Of a stretch of DNA of 64,000 nt, positions 55,846 through 64,000 are shown piece by piece. The notes under the pieces are model-generated. The model saw only the letters and a program-made list of their open reading frames with translations, did not search any database and was not told the DNA's origin. Position numbers and translations under genes: made by a program. Source of the stretch: Eledone cirrhosa (taxonomy: Eukaryota); contig OZ024740.1 of NCBI GenBank assembly GCA_964016885.1, positions 78,306,001 to 78,370,000 on the forward strand. The letters run 5' to 3'. Position 1 is the first letter of the stretch. Each line of letters starts with the position of its first letter.

Positions 55846-55954
55846 AGTCAACGTCCATTCACTCAGCAGAGTGGACCATCAGACTCTACAAGAATTTGGT
55901 GATAAACTGGACAGTGGCAAAAGTGTGGTATGCTTTCACTGTCCCACAACACCT

Positions 55955-58770
55955 AACAGTCCCACCACCAACACCACTAGCCCTACCACCACCACCACCA
56001 ACACCACTAACTCCACCAACACCAACACCACTAACCCCACCACCACCACCACCACCAAAACCAACATCACTAACCCCACCAACACTTACACCAGCAGCAC
56101 CACCATTACAACCACCACCACCGCCAACAATACCACCACCAACAACAACACCATCACCCCCGCCACCCCATCACCACCATCACCATCATCGCCACCACCA
56201 CCACCATCATCACCAGCACCAGCACCACCACTACCACTACCACCACCACTACCACCAAAACCAAAACCAAAACCTAACAACACCACCACCACCACCACCA
56301 CCACCACCACCAACACCAGCACCACCAACACCACTAACAACACCAGCAACTGCACCAGCACCAGCACCACCATCATCACCACCACCACCACCACCACTAA
56401 CAACACCAGCAACTGCACCAGCACCAGCACCACCATCATCACCACCACCACCACCACCACCACCACTAACACCACCGCCACCATCATCACCACCATCATC
56501 ACCACCAACACCAGCACCACCATCACCACCACCACCGCCACTAACACCGCCACCATCACCACCACCACTACCACCACCACCACCACCACCACTACCACCA
56601 TCATCACCATCATCACCACCACTACCACCACCACCACCACCACGAACACCACTACCACCACCACCTCCATCACCACCACTACCACCACTACCACCACCAC
56701 TACCACCATCACCACCACCACCACCACCACCACCACCACCACCACCACCACCATCACCATCATCACCATCACCACCACCACCACTACCACCACCACGAAC
56801 ACCACCACCACCACCACCACCACCTCCATCACCACCACTACCACCACTAACACCACCACCACCACCACCACCACCACCACCATCATCACCATCACCACCA
56901 CCACTACCACCACCACTACCACCATCACCATCATCACCATCACCACCACCACTACCACCACCACTACCACCACCACCACCACCACCATACTATTACCACC
57001 CACACTCTGCAGTATTAATTACAACCAGCTCTGACCTGATATTTCTATTATCAGAGCTAGGCAGGTGACAGGTGCAGGGTTAGACTACCCTGACCATATG
57101 TTGTTGGTGGTGATGGTGGAGCTGGTGGTGGTGGTGGTGATGGTGGCGGTGGTGGTGATGGTGGCGGTGGTGGTGATGGTGGCGGTGGTGGTGGTGGCGG
57201 TGGTAGTGATGGCGGTGGTGGTGGTGGTAGTGATGGTGGTGTGGTGGTGTGGTGGTGGTGGTGGTAGTGGTGGTGGTGGTGGTGGTGATGGTGGCGGTGG
57301 TGGTGGTAGTGGCGGTGGTGGTGGTGGCGGTGGTGGTGGTAGTGGCGGTGGTGGTGGTGATGGCGGTGGTGGTGGTGGTGGTGGTGTGGTGGTGGTGGTG
57401 GTGGTGGTGGTGATGGCGGTGGTGGGGGTGGTAGTGATGGTGGTGTGGTGGTGTGGTGGTGGTGGTGGCAGTGGTGTGGTGGTGGTGGTGGTGGTAGTGG
57501 TGGTGGTGTGGTGGTGGTGGTGTAGTGGTGGTGGTGGTAGTGGTGGTGGTGTGGTGGTGGTGGTATTGGTGGTGGTGTGGTGGTGGTGGTGTAGTGGTGG
57601 TGGTGGTAGTGGTGGTGGTGTGGTAGTGGTGGTGATGGTGGTGTGGTGGTGGTGGTGCTTGTAGTAGTATTGGTGGTGTTGATGGTGGTGGTAGTGGTGG
57701 TAGTGCTTGTAGTAGTGTTGATGGTGTTGATGGTGGTGGTAATGGTGGTATTGGTGTTGGTGATTGTGGTGGTATTGGTGATGTTCATGGTGGTGGAGAT
57801 GGTGGTGCTGGTGTTGATGGTGGTAATGGTGGTGTTTGCGTTGTTGCTGGTGTTGGTGTTAGTGATGTTGGTGTTTGTGGTGGTGGTGGTGGTTGTAGTG
57901 ATGTTGGTGTTTGTGGTGGTGGTGGTGGTGGTTGTAGTGATGTTGGTGTTTGTGGTGGTGGTGGTGGTGGTTGTAGTGATGTTGGTGTTTGTGGTGGTGG
58001 TGGTGGTGGTTGTAGTGATGTTGGTGTTTGTGGTGGTGGTGGTGGTGGTTGTAGTGATGTTGGTGTTTGTGGTGGTGGTGGTGGTGGTTGTAGTGATGTT
58101 GGTGTTTGTGGTGGTGGTGGTGGTGGTTGTAGTGATGTTGGTGTTTGTGGTGGTGGTGGTGGTGGTTGTAGTGATGTTGGTGTTTGTGGTGGTGGTGGTG
58201 GTGGTTGTAGTGATGTTGGTGTTTGTGGTGGTGGTAGTGGTGGTAGTGGTAGTAATAGTGATGATATGGTTATTGTTGCTGGTGTTGGTGTTAACGATGA
58301 TAATGATGATGGTGGAAATGGGATATTGTTGTTGTGGTGGTGGGGTGGTGTATGGAGTAATGTTTGTTTTGGTGGTGGTGGAGTAGCTGTAACGACTGTA
58401 TTGGTGATGTAATAGTAGTGGTGATGTGATGGTGGGGGCGATGGGGATGTTGCAGTGGTAGTGTAATGGTCGTTGTGTTGTTGCTAGTGTTAGTGGTGAT
58501 TATGTTGCGGTGATGCTGGTGGTAGTGATGATAGTGGTGGTGATAGTGTGGTGGTGGTAGTGGTGATGGTGTGGTGGTGGTGGTGTGGTGGTGGTAGTGA
58601 TGATAGCGGTGGTGATAGTGTGGTGGTGGTGCTGTTGTTGGTGGTGGTGGTGATAGTGATGATAGTGATGGTGGTGCTAGTGGTGGTGCTGGTGGTGCTA
58701 GTAGTGGTGGTGGTAGTGGTGGTGGTGGTGGTGGTAGTGATGCCAGTAACGGTGGTGATGGTGGTGGTGT
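55955..58770. repeat. (CAC)n-rich tract and (GTG)n-rich tract in inverted orientation, including a 39-bp minisatellite at ~57860-58240
   Basis: CAC-rich 55955-56990, unique spacer ~56990-57100, GTG-rich 57100-58770. Confidence 0.9.
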
Positions 58771-59062
58771 GAAAGTGAGGACATAACGTGCTTAAGATGG
58801 TTTAGGAGGAGTATTGGTGATAGTGATGAAAAAATAGTGATAATGTTGGTAGTAGTAATGATAGCGATGGCGGCGTGATGTAGTGGTTTAATTGTGGGGT
58901 GGTGTTGGTGTTGATGTGATGGTGGGTCGTGGGTGTGGCGGGGGTGTTACTGATAGAAGTGAATTGTAAGGCTTGTAAGTTGCATGTGTCTACGGAAGAT
59001 TGCAGAGAGATAATGGATGCGACGTGGGGTGGGGGGAATAGCATTGGTTATTCGTTAGAGAA

Positions 59063-59103
<41 letters not shown>

Positions 59104-59173
59104 CGTGTGTGTAGAGAGAGAGATGGGATATAGCTGATCTCTGGAGTACAGTAAAATTGGAGGAATGTATGTC

Positions 59174-59291
<118 letters not shown>

Positions 59292-59892
59292 GGACAGGGA
59301 GGGCGGCAGAAGAGAGAGAAGAGTGAAGAGAGAGGAGAGATGGGAGAATGAGTGAGTGACAGAGGGAGAGAGAGGGAGAGGGGAGAGTGAGTGAGTGACA
59401 GAGAGAGAGAGAGAGCAAGAGAGAGAAAGAGTGCTGTCGGTGCATATAACTCCAAAACTTAGCATACCATACTCAAGCCTTACCATACTGCTAGAAAATG
59501 CAGCCAAATCTCCCTCAGGCTAAAATCGATACTCCAGTTATAGATGTACTATAACTGAAAAAAAAAATACCCCAAAGCAAGTAGATACATGCATGGCTGT
59601 TTGCAATCATGCCATCCTGGGTGCGATACCACTGCTTGGTATCTTGGAGAAGTCTATTTTTCTATTGCCTCGAGTCGACAACAAGCATTGTGAATGATAT
59701 TGGGTTGACGGAAATTGTGTGGAAGCCCGTCAGATAGATTTCTACCTGTAATTCACCTGAGTGGACAGAAACAACGTGAAATAAAATGTCTTGCTGAAGG
59801 ACACAACGCACTACCTGGTCTGGGAAGCGAATTCTCAAAACTTCACGATTGTAAACCAGATGTTCTAACAATACCACGCACCTTTACAAGTA

Positions 59893-61011
59893 CTAGCAGA
59901 AAAACCACCCTCGGGTGGTTTTCTGCTAGCATGTGTAGTGTGTATATTGATATTATACGCAAGTATATATACATGTAGATATGATACATCAAATAAAATC
60001 GAAATTGACAATATACACAGAAATTGAACGAAGACTGCGTTACATTGTCTTATGTAATCAGTAACGTAATCTATATATATAAAGCTGTGGTTGTCTGTCT
60101 GTCTATCGATTTTTGGCACACATCTCCTCTTAGAATCTCTGATGGAATTGCACCGAAATTGCTATACTTGTACATTGAGCCCTAGCGAAGACATCGGAAA
60201 AAAAAAATTTCAAATTGACCCACCCTATGTGACGAAATCGAATCTAATGTATCGATTTTTGAGCGTAAGTGACGAGTTATTTCCCTTTGTTCTGTTTACA
60301 TTTTCTGCGTGCAAAAATTAAAAAAATTACGCTGGCTTTCTCAGCGTTTAAAATGACATTAACACAATACACGAACAGTTGTCGAGCCAGCAAAATTTTG
60401 ACCTGCAAAATTCATCAGTTCGAACACTAAGCTTCCGTTTTGCTTCATTTCCATTTAAAAGCCTTTTAAAACAATATTTTTACTTGAAAACAAGTCTATT
60501 TAAAGACTACGTAAAACAAGCAAATATTTCGTAAAAAAAAGCAAAAATTATATAAGTTTATTTAAAATATATGTATCTGTAAATTTCGTTAGGCGTGCAG
60601 ACAGACAGTCGTGCAGACAGACTTTAAGCCAAAAAAGAAACTTAACATTTTAACTTTAACACAGCTACTGAGCGACCCCGAGCAACGCCGGGCTTTACTG
60701 CTAGTACATGATACATTAAAAAAAGACGATATTATATATAAACTGCATTAGGAGAAAATTAGTGACGATAATATATGAATATTTATTTAAGCGATCGCTA
60801 ACAGGAAGTGTTGAAATTTGAAAATTTTAAAGAAGTGAATCTTTAAATAAATAATAAAATATATTTAATGAACAGCCACGAAATTTAGTAGATAAATTAT
60901 GTAATATTCATTCATTATTTATTCAAAGTAATCTAACTTATTTTACTAAAGGGATAAAAAAAATTATAAACCGTACGCAATCCCGCGCTTCTTACTTTAT
61001 TATAGTTTAGA
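59893..61011 (-). mobile_element. Non-autonomous Helitron-like element interrupted by another Helitron
   Basis: Colinear with 31789-32421 apart from the 60070-60704 insert. Confidence 0.72.
60070..60704 (+). mobile_element. Non-autonomous Helitron
   Basis: A|TCTATATATATAAAG..(CTGT)n..cccgagcaacgccggg hairpin..CTAG|T, no TSD. Confidence 0.8.
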
Positions 61012-61024
61012 TATGTGAAAGCTC

Positions 61025-61350
61025 TTGGCTTGGTGGTTAGTGAGTTGGATTTGTAATCGCGAGGTTGTGAGTTCGATTCCCAGACCAGGTGATATGTTGT
61101 GTTCTTGAACAAGACACTTTATATCATGTTGCTCCAGTTCACTCAACTGTAGAAATGAGTTGCGACGTCAGTGATGCCAAGCTATATCGGCCATTGCCTT
61201 TGCCTTGGACAGCATCAGTGGCAAGGAGAGAGAAGGCTGGTATGCATGGGCGACTACTGGTCTTCCACAAAAACACTTTACCTAGACATGTGCTTCGAAG
61301 GGGAACTGTTTTGCTGCAAAACCCATGGTAATTCGTGACTAAAAAGGGTC
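61025..61350 (+). mobile_element. tRNA-derived SINE, family 2 (related copies ~7930-8160 +, ~10435-10750 +, ~35040-35345 -, ~46620-46880 -, ~49900-50115 -, ~50900-51050 +, ~59690-59882 -)
   Basis: A box tggcttggtggtt, B box gagttcgattcc, followed by gttgtgttcttgaacaagacacttta. Confidence 0.7.
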
Positions 61351-61487
61351 TTTACGCTTTTTTTATTACACACACACACACACATACACTTATATATATA
61401 TATATATGCGCGCGCGCGCACACACACACACACACACACGTCAACACATGCACGCAGTCGCACACACAAGTTTATATCATATACATA

Positions 61488-62159
61488 CTAGCCGAATTAC
61501 CCGCGCCTTGATGCGTTTCACACATTTTTTTGTTGTAAGAAAATGATGATTGATTTTAAATCAGTGATATAATTTATGGAGAAAAATTCTGCATTTCAAT
61601 ATTACTCAATGTAAACTGTAATGCATGAAAAATTGGAAAACATTATTTTTAGGGTCGGACGCCATGCTTTCCAGCATAGTTACGTCCCTTTACGATCTGA
61701 GTTCAAATCCCGCCGAGGTTGACTTTGCCTTTCATCCTTACGGGGTCGATAAAATAAAGTACCAGTAATGTACTGGGTAATTGCTGGCCCTGTGCCTAAA
61801 GTAGAAACAATTATTTTTTGTAATATATCAAATCAAAATTATATTATTAAATCTTATTCTTATTTTGTTTTTTGTAAATAAATTTTTTCAAAATATCAAT
61901 TCAAAACTTTTATGAACAGGCACCATATCTTGTCATTTACCTATGGTTTAAATTTCATATAAATCAAAGGAAAAAATTGTTCAGCGGGGGTTTGTTCCCC
62001 CGGGGAACCCTTTGATTAAAATAAAATATACTTATCCAAGTACCCCGGGCAATGTAGTTTCAGAATATATATGGTTATGGGGGTCTATCTCCAAAACCAT
62101 AGGAGGAGTTCGTGAACAAACAAACAAACAGACAGGAACTACAACTTTATAAATATAGA
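61488..62159 (-). mobile_element. Non-autonomous Helitron-like element with SINE insertion (61651-61810)
   Basis: 5' TC, 3' hairpin + CTAG, A|T target. Homologous to 3989-4520. Confidence 0.78.
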
Positions 62160-62273
62160 TATATACATATATTTATTGTTAGTACAGATTAAAAGTTTAA
62201 GCAATGAATTTCTGCTTCCACCCTAAGCGGAATCATCGAGTCCTCTTTTGGTTTTAGTCTTTGTATTTATTAT

Positions 62274-62319
<46 letters not shown>

Positions 62320-62635
62320 TTATATACATATATATTAAGTATATATATATTTATATATATATGTATTTATATATATATATATATATATATAGATAATTTA
62401 ATATATCAACTAACATAAGCGCACAGATGCACGCCTATGCCAGCAAATACACAGGTTATGTCATAGTACCTAGATTACGTAACTGTCTTTATCCCATTGC
62501 AGAAACTAATTAGTTGGAGTGAAAATTTAAGTAAGTAAGCAAAAAATTTTTTTAAATTTTTTAAAAAAGATTTTCTTATTTTACGTCTTTTATATATATA
62601 TATGAGTGAGAAAATTTGTTCCGAAATGATTGCCA

Positions 62636-62723
62636 GTGTCCGACGAACCTGCAGTTCTAGAATCAGACAGATCCACACAATGATCGCGTCTCGAGCTGTC
62701 CGCGGGCGAAACAATTGTAACAC
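62636..62723 (+). ncRNA. Hammerhead variant (CCGACGA) with extended stem II; diverged inverted copy at 63512-63599
   Basis: gtgt-CCGACGA-acctgc-(49 nt)-gcgggc-GAAA-caattg-TA-acac. Confidence 0.75.
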
Positions 62724-62944
62724 ACAATAAATTGAGTCCAGATGCATCAATGATTTTTCGTTTTTTATTATATCACACTCTGCTCTGTAAGAACATAGAG
62801 TGCTCAATTGGCATACCGCCTATGGAAGCACCTTAGCTACCATTAAACATATATATATATATATATATATAAGTTATTCCGGGTTGAATAGGAGGTAACT
62901 CACGAATGAGACAGTTCTAGTCCTGTAGAAGCTCTTCTATATTA

Positions 62945-63072
<128 letters not shown>

Positions 63073-63084
63073 AAAAGTTAAACA

Positions 63085-63383
<299 letters not shown>

Positions 63384-63599
63384 TGTGTCTGATGGTAGCT
63401 AAGATGCTTCCATAGGCGGTATGCCGGTTGAGCACTCTATGCTCTTACAGAGCAGAGTATAATATAATATAAAACGGAAAATCAGTGATGCATCTGAACT
63501 CAATTTATTGTGTGTTACAATTGTTTCGCCGGCGGACAGCTCGAGACACGATCATTGTGTGGATCTGTCTGATTCTGGATCTGCATGTTCGACGGACAC

Positions 63600-63669
<70 letters not shown>

Positions 63670-64000
63670 GTCTTAATATATTTCCCCTAAATTAACATTT
63701 AAGTGGTCTTCCTTTTCCTCCTTCTTACCTTCCTTCTTCTTTAACAATTTTTGTTTGATAATTTATATAGCTTCGTTAAATTAACAATATTCTGAAAACA
63801 TTCTCAATGTTGAACATTTTTTGAATCCACAAATTATTCTAACCTCACAACTTAATATTTCAACATCCTTCGTACCTCATATTTGTTATATAAAAAATCA
63901 ATAATACGCAACTTATTAATATATATAGAGATATTTATATACATATAACCTTTCCTAATGTAATAAGATAAAAATACTTACAACCATAAGACTTCATATA

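Noticed and set aside
55800-58386. Long Pro/Thr/Val/His-rich ORFs (extensin- or mucin-like)
   Set aside because: Open in several frames on both strands because they are triplet repeats. One starts inside a SINE.

Overview
AT-rich, microsatellite-saturated animal DNA. A cephalopod (Octopus-like) origin is inferred from the repeat landscape only. I find no convincing host gene, and almost all listed ORFs are translations of (TA)n, (CA)n, (GA)n or (GGT)n tracts. The real coding sequence is transposon-derived: a Naiad-type and a near-intact Neptune-type Penelope-like element (PLE; RT + GIY-YIG), two R4/Dong-type RT-RLE LINE relics, RTE LINE fragments and a Tc1/mariner transposase relic. There are also two tRNA-derived SINE families, non-autonomous Helitrons and a MITE. 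The main hidden signal is about 30 minimal type-I hammerhead ribozyme (HHR) motifs from roughly 15 sequence families, found by eye. Most lie in short, often fold-back cassettes inserted in (TA)n tracts, and two families match the termini of the coding PLEs. They include core variants (UUGAAAA with U3-A8 covariation; CCGANGA), greatly enlarged stem II domains, family-specific palindromic stem III sequences and a shared ACTC..GAGTRC stem near the 3' end. The Neptune element also has a candidate programmed -1 frameshift. All folds and alignments are manual, so coordinates may be off by a few bases.
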